A DNA stretch of 64,000 bases from Candidatus Aenigmatarchaeota archaeon (GTDB lineage: Archaea > Aenigmatarchaeota > Aenigmatarchaeia > GW2011-AR5), in contig JACPJW010000001.1 in the NCBI GenBank assembly GCA_016187335.1, forward strand, positions 853,978 to 917,977. The letters run 5' to 3'. The notes under the pieces were generated by a model. It was not told the origin of the DNA, did not search any database, and saw only the letters and a program-made list of their open reading frames with translations. A program made the translations under genes and the position numbers. Within the stretch, counting starts at the first letter, position 1; every line of letters starts with the position of its first letter. Positions 1 through 9,101 of this stretch are shown piece after piece.

Positions 1-14
1 TCTTTCAACCGGTT

Positions 15-467
15 TTATTTTACTATGCTTAGCCATACTACCGCACCTAAAATCAGCGTTGACGCTATTTCAAAATGCATCCTGTATTTGTCGGGAAGCA
101 TCCCCAAGGAAATCTCCTTTTTTGAGAAAGGATAGAAGGGCCTGCTTTTGCCCACCAGAAAATCGGCGGCGTAGTGGACAATAGCCGAAAGCGCTATGAC
201 CTTTGCCAGCGTGGCACCGGAGAAAAAAGCAAGCAGAGACGCGGCTGCCGAAAAGAGCGTTAATCCGTACAGTTCATGGAACCTTGACCTGGATTCGGAA
301 CCGAATTTCTTCCGCAGGACTTTTCTCCTTGTTTTTATTACATACGGGATGTGGTCAAGGTCAAGGATAACGGAAAACAGAAGGATGTAAACGGCGTAGT
401 TGTAGGCATTGCCTAAGGCGCCTTCAACAACAAGGTAGCTGAGAAAAAAATGAAGCAGCGTGTTCAT
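15..467 (-). CDS. membrane-bound metal-dependent hydrolase-like (DUF457-type) integral membrane protein
   Basis: 150 aa ORF with several hydrophobic segments and His/Asp-rich loops (LDLDHIPYV, IVHYAADF). Family assignment is from memory of motif style only. Confidence 0.4.
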   Translation of the reverse strand: MNTLLHFFLSYLVVEGALGNAYNYAVYILLFSVILDLDHIPYVIKTRRKVLRKKFGSESRSRFHELYGLTLFSAAASLLAFFSGATLAKVIALSAIVHYAADFLVGKSRPFYPFSKKEISLGMLPDKYRMHFEIASTLILGAVVWLSIVK

Positions 468-530
468 GATTTTTATTTATCCTTTCTTTTTATAAAGTAT
501 CTGAAAATTAAAATATAAACGGTATTTTTC

Positions 531-2036
531 ATGAAAATCTACAACACGCTGACAAGGCGGAAAGAAGATCTCGTGCCGCTGCAGGACAATACTGTGCGAA
601 TATACACGTGCGGCCCGACGGTTTACGATTACGCGCACATCGGCAACCTGCGCACGTACGTTTTCGAGGATGCCCTTGTCCGTGTTTTGGAATGGCTGGG
701 ATTCACCACACTGCGCGTGATGAACATAACCGACGTCGGGCACCTGACCAGCGACGCCGACACTGGCGAGGACAAGATAGAAGTGGGCGCGCGCCGCGAA
801 GGCAGGAGCGCGTGGGAAATTGCTGCTTTCTATACCGAAGCATTCCTCAGTGACATGAAAAAGCTGAGGATAAAGGAAGCCGATGTATTGTGCAAGGCAA
901 CCGACCACGTAAGCGAGATGATTCAGATTATACAGGAGCTGGAAAGGCGCGGATTCACTTACAAAATCTCCGACGGGATTTATTTTGACACCTCAAGGCT
1001 GAAGGATTACGGGAATATGGCGCTGGTTGATTTGGAGCAGTTAAAGGCGGGGGCGCGCGTCGAGATGGTTCCGGGCAAAAAGAATGCAACGGACTTCGCG
1101 CTGTGGAAATTAACGCCGAAACAGACCGACGCCGAAGGCGTCATGCGCCCTGTCAAAAGGCAAATGGAATGGGACTCGCCATGGGGCCGCGGCTTCCCCG
1201 GCTGGCACATCGAGTGCAGCGCCATGTCAATGAAATATATCACGGACGCTTTTCTCAGCGGCGTATTCAAGCCTGAAAAATTCCAGACGATTGACGTTCA
1301 CGGCGGAGGCGTTGACCACATAAACGTTCATCACACCAACGAGATAGCGCAGAGCGAGGGGGCGACAGGCAAAAAATTCGTGAATTACTGGGTCCATGGG
1401 GAGTTCCTGCTGGTGGAAGGGCAGAAGATGGCAAAATCCCTCGGGAACCTTTATACTGTAGCTGATTTGGAAAAGAAAGGCTACAGCCCGCTGGCGTTCC
1501 GCCTGCTCTGCCTGATGTCCCATTACCGCAACCAGATGAACTTCACCTTCAACGCATTGGACGACGCAGAAAAAAATTTGGAAACAGTGAACGATTTTTT
1601 CTGCAGGGTGGAAGATTACCTGAAATGGAGCGCCGTGCCCGAACTGAAAGAAGCGCCTTTGCTCGTGGAGGAATTCAGGGAAAAAATAAGGCTCAAGCTT
1701 GCGGACGACCTTAACACGCCGGAAGCTCTGGCGGTTTTCTTTGATTTCATGAGCGAAATAAACAAGCTGCTTGACAGGAACGTTCTTGGCAGGGAATCGC
1801 TCGGGCTTGTAAGGGATTTTGTTCTTGAATTAGATGATGTTTTCTGTTTCCTTCAGCCCAAGGGAGAGCTTACTGACGTTGAGCAGGACCTTCTGGAAAA
1901 AAGAGAAGCCGCGCGCGCCGCGAAGGACTACGAGAAATCAGACCACTACCGCGCCCGCTTGCGCAGCATGGGCGTTGTTCTGGAAGACACGCCGTATGGA
2001 ACGAGATGGAGAAGAACGAAGTTTAAGGAAGAATAG
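531..2036 (+). CDS. cysS: cysteine--tRNA ligase
   Basis: 501 aa with class I HIGH-type motif (YDYAHIGNLRTY) and KMSKS variant (KMAKSLGN). It also has Cys/Trp zinc-site residues typical of CysRS (CSAMS, GWHIEC). Confidence 0.9.
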   Translation: MKIYNTLTRRKEDLVPLQDNTVRIYTCGPTVYDYAHIGNLRTYVFEDALVRVLEWLGFTTLRVMNITDVGHLTSDADTGEDKIEVGARREGRSAWEIAAFYTEAFLSDMKKLRIKEADVLCKATDHVSEMIQIIQELERRGFTYKISDGIYFDTSRLKDYGNMALVDLEQLKAGARVEMVPGKKNATDFALWKLTPKQTDAEGVMRPVKRQMEWDSPWGRGFPGWHIECSAMSMKYITDAFLSGVFKPEKFQTIDVHGGGVDHINVHHTNEIAQSEGATGKKFVNYWVHGEFLLVEGQKMAKSLGNLYTVADLEKKGYSPLAFRLLCLMSHYRNQMNFTFNALDDAEKNLETVNDFFCRVEDYLKWSAVPELKEAPLLVEEFREKIRLKLADDLNTPEALAVFFDFMSEINKLLDRNVLGRESLGLVRDFVLELDDVFCFLQPKGELTDVEQDLLEKREAARAAKDYEKSDHYRARLRSMGVVLEDTPYGTRWRRTKFKEE

Positions 2037-2052
2037 AAGATTTAAATAAATT

Positions 2053-2069
2053 AGTATACTTAGTATACT
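2053..2069. promoter_or_regulatory. tandem palindromic operator-like repeat (AGTATACT x2) preceded by an AT-rich TATA-like stretch, overlapping the vapB start
   Basis: agtatact at 2053-2060 and 2062-2069, each self-complementary. ttaaataaatt lies just upstream. Typical position for an autoregulated toxin-antitoxin operator. Confidence 0.4.
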
Positions 2070-2326
2070 TGGTGTTAAAAGTGGAAAAAACTATAAAAGT
2101 GGATGAACGCACTTACAAGCTTCTTAACGAGCTTGTCGGAGAGATAAGGGCTGAAGAAAAGAGGCCTGTTTCTATAAACGAGGCCCTTTCGCGGGTGCTG
2201 AAAGAAAAGAAAAAGCGTAATTTAATGGATTTCGCCGGGTCATGGTCGATGAGCGACAACGAAGCGAAAAAAATGAAGTCTGGGTTAAGAAAAGTGTGGT
2301 CTAAATGGAAGCCAAGGTCGTTCTAG
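2069..2326 (+). CDS. vapB: VapB-like antitoxin
   Basis: 85 aa Lys/Glu-rich ORF ending 22 nt inside the downstream PIN-domain ORF. Start is ambiguous (TTG 2069, GTG 2072 or 2081). Confidence 0.55.
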   Translation: MVLKVEKTIKVDERTYKLLNELVGEIRAEEKRPVSINEALSRVLKEKKKRNLMDFAGSWSMSDNEAKKMKSGLRKVWSKWKPRSF

Positions 2327-2700
2327 ACACATCAATCCTGATAGATTTCATCAGAAACAGGGACGGCGCTGTTTCTCTTGTAAAAAGGCTTTCAGAAAAG
2401 TATGATATCTGCACAACAGACATAAATGTATTTGAACTCTATTACGGCGCTTACCTGAGCAAAGAAACAAGCAAAAACATGGCTGCGGTGAAAGGAATTA
2501 TTAATACCATACTTGTTTTCAGCACTTCACCGGAGAGCGTGGAGATATCGGCAAAAATACTGGCAGAATTGGACAGGAAAGGCCAAAAGATTGAAATCAA
2601 GGATATACTTGTGGCTGGCATTTGCATGGTAAATTCTTGCATTGTAGCAACGCATAACAAGCAGCACTTTGAACGGATGGGCGTAAAATTAATAGAATAA
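2305..2700 (+). CDS. vapC: PIN-domain ribonuclease toxin VapC
   Basis: 131 aa with N-terminal VVLDTSILIDF and acidic residues spaced as in PIN domains. Overlaps the upstream small ORF. Confidence 0.75.
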   Translation: MEAKVVLDTSILIDFIRNRDGAVSLVKRLSEKYDICTTDINVFELYYGAYLSKETSKNMAAVKGIINTILVFSTSPESVEISAKILAELDRKGQKIEIKDILVAGICMVNSCIVATHNKQHFERMGVKLIE

Positions 2701-2722
2701 GGAATTCATGGGGGAATAATTC

Positions 2723-3025
2723 ATGCGCTCGCGCAGCAAGCCGGAATACCAGCTGAAGATAGCAAGGGAGCGGATACAGATACTGTTTGATGAAGCTGAG
2801 CATGCCGAAGACCCGAAGCTCGCGAAGCGGTACATCGAGCTGGCGCGAAAAATCGGCATGCGCTACAACGTCAGGATACCAAGGGACCTGAAAAGGAAAT
2901 ACTGCAGGCACTGCGGGGCATTTTTAAGGTACGGCGCCAACGCAAGACACAGCGTCAGGAAAGGCGTAGTAACTATTAAATGCTTTTCCTGTCAAAGTGA
3001 AATGCACTATCCGTACGGGAAGTAA
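2723..3025 (+). CDS. rnp4: RNase P protein component Rpp21/Rpr2 (zinc ribbon)
   Basis: 100 aa with a basic N-terminal helix (KRYIELARKIGMRYNVRIP) and C-terminal CxxC...CxxC (CRHCGAF...CFSCQ). Confidence 0.7.
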   Translation: MRSRSKPEYQLKIARERIQILFDEAEHAEDPKLAKRYIELARKIGMRYNVRIPRDLKRKYCRHCGAFLRYGANARHSVRKGVVTIKCFSCQSEMHYPYGK

Positions 3026-3040
3026 AGTGGAAAGATTGAT

Positions 3041-3451
3041 ATGGTTTCAGCAAGAGACGCAGAACCGCAAAGGCTCATCGAAAGTACAGCGGAAGAGCTG
3101 AAAAAAACCTTGAAAAGACCTGGCTGGGCCGATTACGTAAAGACCGGTGTATCGCGGGAGCGCCCGCCCGAGGACGCTGACTGGTGGTATATGCGCGCCG
3201 CATCCGTGCTGAGAAAGGTTTATGTTGACGGCCCTGTTGGCGTGTCGCGGCTGCGCAGCTTTTACGGCGGCCTGCACAGGAGGGGGCACAAGCCTGCGCA
3301 TTTCGCCAAGGGCGGCGGGAAGGTTGTGCGTGTCATCCTGCAGGACCTGGAAAAAGCCGGCTTTGTGAAGCAGGCCGAGAAGAGGAAAGGGCGTATAATC
3401 ACCCCGGCCGGCCAGAAGTTCCTGAACGGTGTCGCGAAAAACACTAAATGA
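3041..3451 (+). CDS. rps19e: 30S ribosomal protein S19e
   Basis: 136 aa. PGWADYVKTGVSRERPPED...WYMRAASVLRKVYVDGPVGV is characteristic of S19e. Confidence 0.85.
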   Translation: MVSARDAEPQRLIESTAEELKKTLKRPGWADYVKTGVSRERPPEDADWWYMRAASVLRKVYVDGPVGVSRLRSFYGGLHRRGHKPAHFAKGGGKVVRVILQDLEKAGFVKQAEKRKGRIITPAGQKFLNGVAKNTK

Positions 3452-3767
3452 TTGCTGTAACTCCTTCTGCAATAATTTTATTTGTTCTGAAATCCAAAAG
3501 GTAAGCATCCGAGTGATGCCTTTGATAAGACACAATCCATATCCGGCACAAAATATCCCTGACATTCCGTATGTAGAAGGTTTCTGTCAAGAAAGGCATT
3601 TGCTTTATACGAGAAATTTTCCACATGCACGTTCATATATGGGTGACAGGACCGCCGTAGAAAAAGTTCTTTTTCACAGGAGCTTGAGAAAATATTGTCA
3701 CAAGCCGGATATTTCTCGATGGGAAAAACATTGGAGTTTCCGATGGATATAGACCTTTTTAAAACCT

Positions 3768-4121
3768 TTGCGGCCATCTTTTGATATGCCCACGGAAGAA
3801 GAACTGAAAAGGAAGATATTGCAGCAGCGCATGCTTGAGCAGCAACAGCATGCGCTTCAGGAGCATATGCAGGCACAGGCGCAGCAGCAGCAAATGGAAG
3901 AAGTCCTGCGCGTCATAAAGATGCAGGTCCTGGAGCCGAAGGCCCGCGAGCGCCTGGCAAACCTGAAGCTGGTCAAGCCGGAGCTGGCAACGCAGCTTGA
4001 GCTTTATCTGGCCCAGCTTTACCAGTCCGGCCAGATACGCGGAAAAATCAATGATGAGCAGATGGTCTCAATCTTAAAAAAGATTTCCGAGAAGAAAGAA
4101 TACAGGATAAAGAGGAAATAG
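3768..4121 (+). CDS. PDCD5/TFAR19-like double-stranded DNA-binding protein
   Basis: 117 aa with a Gln-rich helical N-terminus and a conserved ARERLANLKLVKPELA...QLYQSGQIRGKI block. Lies in the conserved ribosomal-protein neighbourhood. Confidence 0.6.
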   Translation: MRPSFDMPTEEELKRKILQQRMLEQQQHALQEHMQAQAQQQQMEEVLRVIKMQVLEPKARERLANLKLVKPELATQLELYLAQLYQSGQIRGKINDEQMVSILKKISEKKEYRIKRK

Positions 4122-4174
4122 CCTGGATTTAAAGATGCGCTAACAATTCTGTTACGCTTTTGAAAGTGATATTC

Positions 4175-4339
4175 ATGGGCTCAAAAAAAACATTGTGGCA
4201 GAAAATAAAGCTGATAGCGTCCAGAAGAAGCAACGCGCCGCGCTGGGCGGACATAAAGAAGTTCGGGCTGAAAAGAGCCAGAGGCCGCCGCATCGCTGCG
4301 GTTACCAAGCACTGGCGCCGCGGCAGGAACAAGATATAG
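4175..4339 (+). CDS. rpl39e: 50S ribosomal protein L39e (ORF below the 60 aa cutoff, not in the supplied track)
   Basis: Manual translation gives MGSKKTLWQKIKLIASRRSNAPRWADIKKFGLKRARGRRIAAVTKHWRRGRNKI* (54 aa). The basic HWRR C-terminus and its position just upstream of L31e match the archaeal L39e-L31e-eIF6 cluster. Confidence 0.65.
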   Translation: MGSKKTLWQKIKLIASRRSNAPRWADIKKFGLKRARGRRIAAVTKHWRRGRNKI

Positions 4340-4427
4340 AAAACCGGAAGCAAAAGTTCGGCTTATGTTCCAACGGCAACTGACGTTTTGAAATTAGGAA
4401 ACTAGAAGCTTTTCCGTCCTGACAAGA

Positions 4428-4826
4428 GTGGTTCTCATGCCTGAAGAAAAAATCTACACGATACCGATTCGCGCAGAAAAGAAAACGCGCGTAAAGAGAA
4501 GCGCGCACGCTGTAAGGATTGTCCGCGCCTTTTTGAAAAAGCACTCTAAAGCTGACGAAATAAAGCTTGGCAGAAAGCTCAACGAAGCTGTATGGAGCAG
4601 GGGTGCAAAGAAGCCGCCTTCTTCCGTGCGCGTCAAAGCAGTGAAAGACGCCGGCGTCGTGCGCGCAGAGCTGCTCGGCTTCGATTACGAGGAATTCCGC
4701 GCGAAACCCAAGGAAGAAAAGAAGGGCATGAAGGAGCGGCTGATGGAACGCCTGGGCCCGAAGGCGCAGCAGAAGCAGGAACTGGAAGAAAAGATAGAGG
4801 GGAAAGCTGAGGAAAAGAATGAATAA
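4428..4826 (+). CDS. rpl31e: 50S ribosomal protein L31e
   Basis: 132 aa. The N-terminal EKIYTIPIRAEKKTRVKRSAHAVRIVRAFLKKH matches the L31e signature. A Lys/Glu-rich C-terminal extension follows. Confidence 0.8.
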   Translation: MVLMPEEKIYTIPIRAEKKTRVKRSAHAVRIVRAFLKKHSKADEIKLGRKLNEAVWSRGAKKPPSSVRVKAVKDAGVVRAELLGFDYEEFRAKPKEEKKGMKERLMERLGPKAQQKQELEEKIEGKAEEKNE

Positions 4827-4875
4827 GTTACTATAAAGTAGTGACTTTAAGTACTTTTATTCTAAACTTGTTATC

Positions 4876-5973
4876 ATGGCATCACAGTTTGTAGAAAGAA
4901 AAGATTATTTAGTCGGAAAATTGCTGGATGGCAACAGAGTTTTATATGAATTTTTTGAAGTGGTGATTTCTAGAAAAAGTACTGACCCGTTTCAAGTAGC
5001 TGAAAATCTTATACGTCATTATAATCTTACTCCAAATCAACAGAAATATTTGCGCAGAATTGCTGACAGAACACAAAGAGCAAAAAGAGTTATTTCTTAT
5101 CTTGAAAAAAGATTTGGAATTAACAGAGAGGGATATTTCGATAATCCAGAAGAAGTTTATAGATTTATGCATAGTGGCAAAGAACCACCAAAGCCGGTTT
5201 TGAATGCAAAACCTTATTCTATAGCTGTTGGGTTTGAACATGTTGAATGGGTTTATCAAAATATATTAGGTTATGCCGGACGAGGAAGTGTGGATATTGA
5301 TTCTTTGGACTCAGATGAAAATCTTAGAAGAACTTTCAAAAGAGCAATTAAAGGCGATGATAGAAGTTTTGAAATGTTATCATTTTCTTATCGCACGCCA
5401 GAACAAAGACATAGAATTTTAGAACAAGAATTTCTAGATTATTTAGGAACAGATGAAAGTGCAGATGTCAAGGCACTAAAACATGGTGTTCGTCGTACTG
5501 TATTACATGAGATAAGACATGTTATAAATAGAATAATTTCACCAGAAAATTATTATTCAGAAGAAATAAGTGCTCGTTTATACGAAAGAGGTGGTGACCT
5601 TTTGAGTGTTTATACCGGATTTGACCAAGAAATTGAAAAGGCTAAAAAAATGGCAGAAAAACTTATAAATGAACATGAAATGAGATTGAAAAGACTGATT
5701 GAGCAAGGAGCACCACCTATTATTGTTGAAAGATCAAATAAGCGACTTCCCGAATTAAGAGAAAGGGGAAAGAAAGATGTAGAAGATATAACCAGTTGGG
5801 AAGATCTTACAAGGCAGATTTTAGGAAGTCTTAGATGGAATAGTACTTATAGAAGAGAACTTTCATACTTTTTCACTACAACGCCCCAAGAAAAAACAAG
5901 ACACAGACTGGAACTAATAAGAGATTATTTACCTAGAAGGATAAAACGAAAAGGCAAAAGTATTAAACATTAA
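4876..5973 (+). CDS. hypothetical protein with an HExxH zinc-metallopeptidase-like motif (AT-rich, likely foreign)
   Basis: 365 aa. HEIRH in TVLHEIRHVINRI plus a downstream Glu (SEEISARLYE) would fit a gluzincin-like arrangement. About 35 % GC versus 50-55 % in flanking ribosomal genes. Confidence 0.5.
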   Translation: MASQFVERKDYLVGKLLDGNRVLYEFFEVVISRKSTDPFQVAENLIRHYNLTPNQQKYLRRIADRTQRAKRVISYLEKRFGINREGYFDNPEEVYRFMHSGKEPPKPVLNAKPYSIAVGFEHVEWVYQNILGYAGRGSVDIDSLDSDENLRRTFKRAIKGDDRSFEMLSFSYRTPEQRHRILEQEFLDYLGTDESADVKALKHGVRRTVLHEIRHVINRIISPENYYSEEISARLYERGGDLLSVYTGFDQEIEKAKKMAEKLINEHEMRLKRLIEQGAPPIIVERSNKRLPELRERGKKDVEDITSWEDLTRQILGSLRWNSTYRRELSYFFTTTPQEKTRHRLELIRDYLPRRIKRKGKSIKH

Positions 5974-6032
5974 TTTTTCTATATCAAGTCCTAGGAGAAT
6001 TCTTTTATAAGCCTTTAATAAAAATAATACTC

Positions 6033-6488
6033 ATGCTCGCGAAAGCGACGGTTTCGCCGGGAGTTCACAGAGGATCAGGCCTCATAAAGAAATATGCGCC
6101 ACGCCTCAGGAGTATCATAGGGTTCAAGCCTTTCCCGGGAACCATGAACCTGAAAATAGAAAGAAAGATCAGCTTCAGGCTGTACGCCACGCAGACAATC
6201 GGTCATCTCCTTCTGAGCGGCCACAGCTACGTGGAGGCATACCTTGCGCCCGCGCGGCTGCATATCCGCGGAGAAAGCTACGACTGCTGGGGTTTCTGGC
6301 CTTTCGTGCAGGACAGGACAACGCAGCGGAACGAAGTGGAAATAATAGCCCGTGACAATCTTCACGAAAAATTCAAGCTCGAGGACGGTGACGAAGTTAC
6401 ATTGGAGCTGCTTGAGCACCCCGGCAGGCCGAAGAAGGATGGCATCCTGAAAGGGCTTTTCAGGAACGAGACGAGAATTTCAAGGTAA
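6033..6488 (+). CDS. ribK: archaeal CTP-dependent riboflavin kinase
   Basis: 151 aa. The GTMNLKIE motif and C-terminal FKLEDGDEVTLELL resemble the MJ0056-type RibK family. Confidence 0.65.
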   Translation: MLAKATVSPGVHRGSGLIKKYAPRLRSIIGFKPFPGTMNLKIERKISFRLYATQTIGHLLLSGHSYVEAYLAPARLHIRGESYDCWGFWPFVQDRTTQRNEVEIIARDNLHEKFKLEDGDEVTLELLEHPGRPKKDGILKGLFRNETRISR

Positions 6489-6595
6489 AAATCAAAACGG
6501 AATGTAATTTACCATTCATTTCCTGGCATAAACTTTGCTTTCTTCTTTTGAATTTTTCAGACTTAAAAAACTGACTGTTCATTATCTTTCTGAAC

Positions 6596-7249
6596 ATGTT
6601 CCTGAAAACGTCTGTGAGGGGGGACCCCAACATAGGGCTGTACGGCTTTGCAACCGACAAGTACGCTTTTTTCGGTGCAAATCCGGAAAAGAAGGTAAAG
6701 GAAATTTTAGGCGTGAAAATCGTGACCTCGACGACAATGCACACGGATTTCGCCGGGATGTTCGCTGCAGGAAATTCTTCGGGCATTGTCGTGCCTGGAA
6801 TCCTTGAAGAATACGAGCTGCCCCGTCTTCGCAGGCATTTCAGGGATGTACTTGTCCTTGAAACAAATTACACGGCACTGGGAAACCTGATTCTCATGAA
6901 CGACGCCGGCATTGTCCTCTCCCCGCTGCTGAGGAAGCACAAAGCCGCTGTAGAAAGGTTTTTCGGCCTGAACGCCGAGACAGCAACAATAGCGGGAATA
7001 AATCTTGTCGGTTCCGTGGCGATAGCAACAAACAAAGGATGCCTTGCCCACCCGAAAATAAGGGAAAAGGAAGCCGCCATTGTCGAGAAAACGCTTGGTG
7101 TCCAGCTGAATGTCGGCACGGTGAATTTCGGCTCGCGCTTCGTGAAGGCGGGCGTCATTGCGAACAGTTCAGGCTTCCTTGCTTCCAAGAGCACCTCCGG
7201 CTCCGAGCTCGGCAGGATAAACGAGGCGCTGGGCTTTCTGAAAGCTTAA
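6596..7249 (+). CDS. eif6: translation initiation factor 6 (aIF6)
   Basis: 217 aa with repeated Gly-rich pentein-fold motifs (GDPNIGLYGFATDKYAFFG, AGNSSGIVVP, NDAGIVLSP, ANSSGFLAS). Confidence 0.85.
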   Translation: MFLKTSVRGDPNIGLYGFATDKYAFFGANPEKKVKEILGVKIVTSTTMHTDFAGMFAAGNSSGIVVPGILEEYELPRLRRHFRDVLVLETNYTALGNLILMNDAGIVLSPLLRKHKAAVERFFGLNAETATIAGINLVGSVAIATNKGCLAHPKIREKEAAIVEKTLGVQLNVGTVNFGSRFVKAGVIANSSGFLASKSTSGSELGRINEALGFLKA

Positions 7250-7274
7250 ATAAACTGGAGTTATTTTTCTGATA

Positions 7275-7751
7275 ATGGGAATGGCAAATTATATGAGAGT
7301 AACTCCACCGGCAAGTCCGGTAATTATAAGAACAATTTTACAAGTTCTTCCAGAGCCTTCTTCAGTAGAAGTTCATTTATCAGGTAATTTAGATTATTCC
7401 TCTATTTCAAAACAGGTTGGGGAAATACTTCCAGGTGTAGAAATTTACAAGGGTCATGATTTTTATTTAAAGGATCCTGAAAAAGAAACTATTTTTGACA
7501 TTTTCTTGCCATCCAGCGGGAGTGCTAACGCTGAACGTCATAGTGTAAGAGGAATCCAATTAATAAAAGCTACTTGGTACATACCAGACCTAATGGCTTA
7601 TGATCTTAGACATCCTAGCAGTGCCCATATAGAGCTGACGCCTTATGAACTCAGCATAAGTTACAACAGCCCAATGCCCGACTACGTTTCCAAACTCGTA
7701 CAAAAGATTAGGAGAGGAAAAGTTGCACTTAAATTTGAACTTAGTTCTTAA
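7275..7751 (+). CDS. hypothetical protein (AT-rich block)
   Basis: 158 aa ORF with no recognisable motif. Low GC like its neighbours at 7761-8428. Confidence 0.4.
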   Translation: MGMANYMRVTPPASPVIIRTILQVLPEPSSVEVHLSGNLDYSSISKQVGEILPGVEIYKGHDFYLKDPEKETIFDIFLPSSGSANAERHSVRGIQLIKATWYIPDLMAYDLRHPSSAHIELTPYELSISYNSPMPDYVSKLVQKIRRGKVALKFELSS

Positions 7752-7760
7752 TTATCAAGA

Positions 7761-8051
7761 TTAAACTCTGAAAATCCTTTCAATGATTTCTTTCTTTCCT
7801 TTGTGCTTGTAATAAAAGCCAAGCGCCGCCCGGTAAAGCCTGTAATTCCCGTAGGGCATTATTTCCCATGAAAAGGTCTGGAATTTCTTGTGCCACAGAA
7901 GCCTGAAAATCAGGTAGTCTTTTTTTGATTTCCCGAACTTCTCGGCTTCCTCGACCTTTTCAAACATCCTTGAGTGAATCCTTCTTGTGTTCCTGGTTAC
8001 CCAGACGACCTTTATGGTTCCTTTTTCTATTGCCATACTATCCTCGTGCAT
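7761..8051 (-). CDS. hypothetical protein (AT-rich block)
   Basis: 96 aa basic ORF with no recognisable motif. Confidence 0.35.
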   Translation of the reverse strand: MHEDSMAIEKGTIKVVWVTRNTRRIHSRMFEKVEEAEKFGKSKKDYLIFRLLWHKKFQTFSWEIMPYGNYRLYRAALGFYYKHKGKKEIIERIFRV

Positions 8052-8110
8052 TATCTAACTGTAATATCTTAAAAAGAAAGAGGGTCAAGGGAGAAAGGCT
8101 TTTCTCCTTG

Positions 8111-8428
8111 TTACCAGTGGCTGACTTTCTTGGACGATGACTTCATCTCAATGTCTTCCTCGACGTACCACAGCTCCTTGTGACGGTAAAGGAAAAAGCT
8201 TCCTACCATCAGGGAAGTTCCCGACACTACAAGGACCATTCCTTCCAGCGAGAACAGGGGGATGTTGTAAAGGTAGGAGAAAACGATGAAATGCGCGTCA
8301 AAAAGGTAAATTCCTGTGGACATGAAAATCCATATGTATTTGTATTTGTTGGAAAGCTGCGCGACGTACGAAAGGACAAAGGCCGATATAAGGTATTCAA
8401 TAAAGGCCACTATAATCGCTGTTGCCAT
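8111..8428 (-). CDS. hypothetical small membrane protein (AT-rich block)
   Basis: 105 aa with 3 hydrophobic segments and an aromatic-rich sequence. Confidence 0.4.
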   Translation of the reverse strand: MATAIIVAFIEYLISAFVLSYVAQLSNKYKYIWIFMSTGIYLFDAHFIVFSYLYNIPLFSLEGMVLVVSGTSLMVGSFFLYRHKELWYVEEDIEMKSSSKKVSHW

Positions 8429-8530
8429 TCTTACATCTTCCCGCTACAAAGACTATTTTCTCGGCCCTTATTTAAAGATTTATAAAAACTTTTACAGCAA
8501 AGCCGGAAATGCAGCATTCCGTCCGCTGAG

Positions 8531-8977
8531 GTGGATATCATGCCCAACGAAAAAGAGATACAGAAAAAATACATCCAGGCCCAGCTGCTCAAGCAGCAGA
8601 TAAACGCCATGATAGAGCAGAAAAGCGCTATAGATGAAAAGCTCGGCGAAATGGCCGTTTCCCTGGACGCCATAAGCAAGCTGGAAGAAATAAGGAAAGG
8701 CGAGGAGATATGGTCTTCCGTGGGCGGCGGCGTGTTCGTGAGGAGCGACATAAAGGACACTGAAAGCATCCTTGTGAGCGTCGGTGCCGGGGTTGTTGCC
8801 AAAAAATCGCGGCAAAGGGCCTCGGAAATCCTGAAAGAAAGGATGGTCGAGCTGAAAAAGGCGGATTTGCAGATAATGGAAGAAGTGACCAGCTATGCGC
8901 ACCAGATCGAGGAGCTGGAAGGGGAAATGGAATCCATGATGGAAGAGCAAGAAGGGAAAAAAAGCAGGAAGAAATGA
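8531..8977 (+). CDS. pfdA: prefoldin alpha subunit
   Basis: 148 aa coiled-coil protein with a central beta-hairpin segment (EEIWSSVGGGVFVRSDIKD). Lies in the conserved position between eif6 and ftsY. Confidence 0.75.
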   Translation: MDIMPNEKEIQKKYIQAQLLKQQINAMIEQKSAIDEKLGEMAVSLDAISKLEEIRKGEEIWSSVGGGVFVRSDIKDTESILVSVGAGVVAKKSRQRASEILKERMVELKKADLQIMEEVTSYAHQIEELEGEMESMMEEQEGKKSRKK

Positions 8978-9101
8978 GGCGCCTTTGATTCTTGGCATTG
9001 AAACGTCGTTCTCGGATTTCTTTTATAAACATTCTCCTGATACTTAATTAAAATAAAATGGTCTGGACAGAATTGCTTTGCAATTCTGGGTAGTGATACT
9101 T

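Noticed and set aside
4195-4383. 62-aa ORF from the track
   Set aside because: Wrong frame. The overlapping +1 frame encodes a convincing L39e (4175-4339).
8431-9032. Three overlapping minus-strand ORFs (123-168 aa)
   Set aside because: They lie antisense to, or run on from, prefoldin alpha, a charged coiled-coil gene that generates open antisense frames. No motifs were found.
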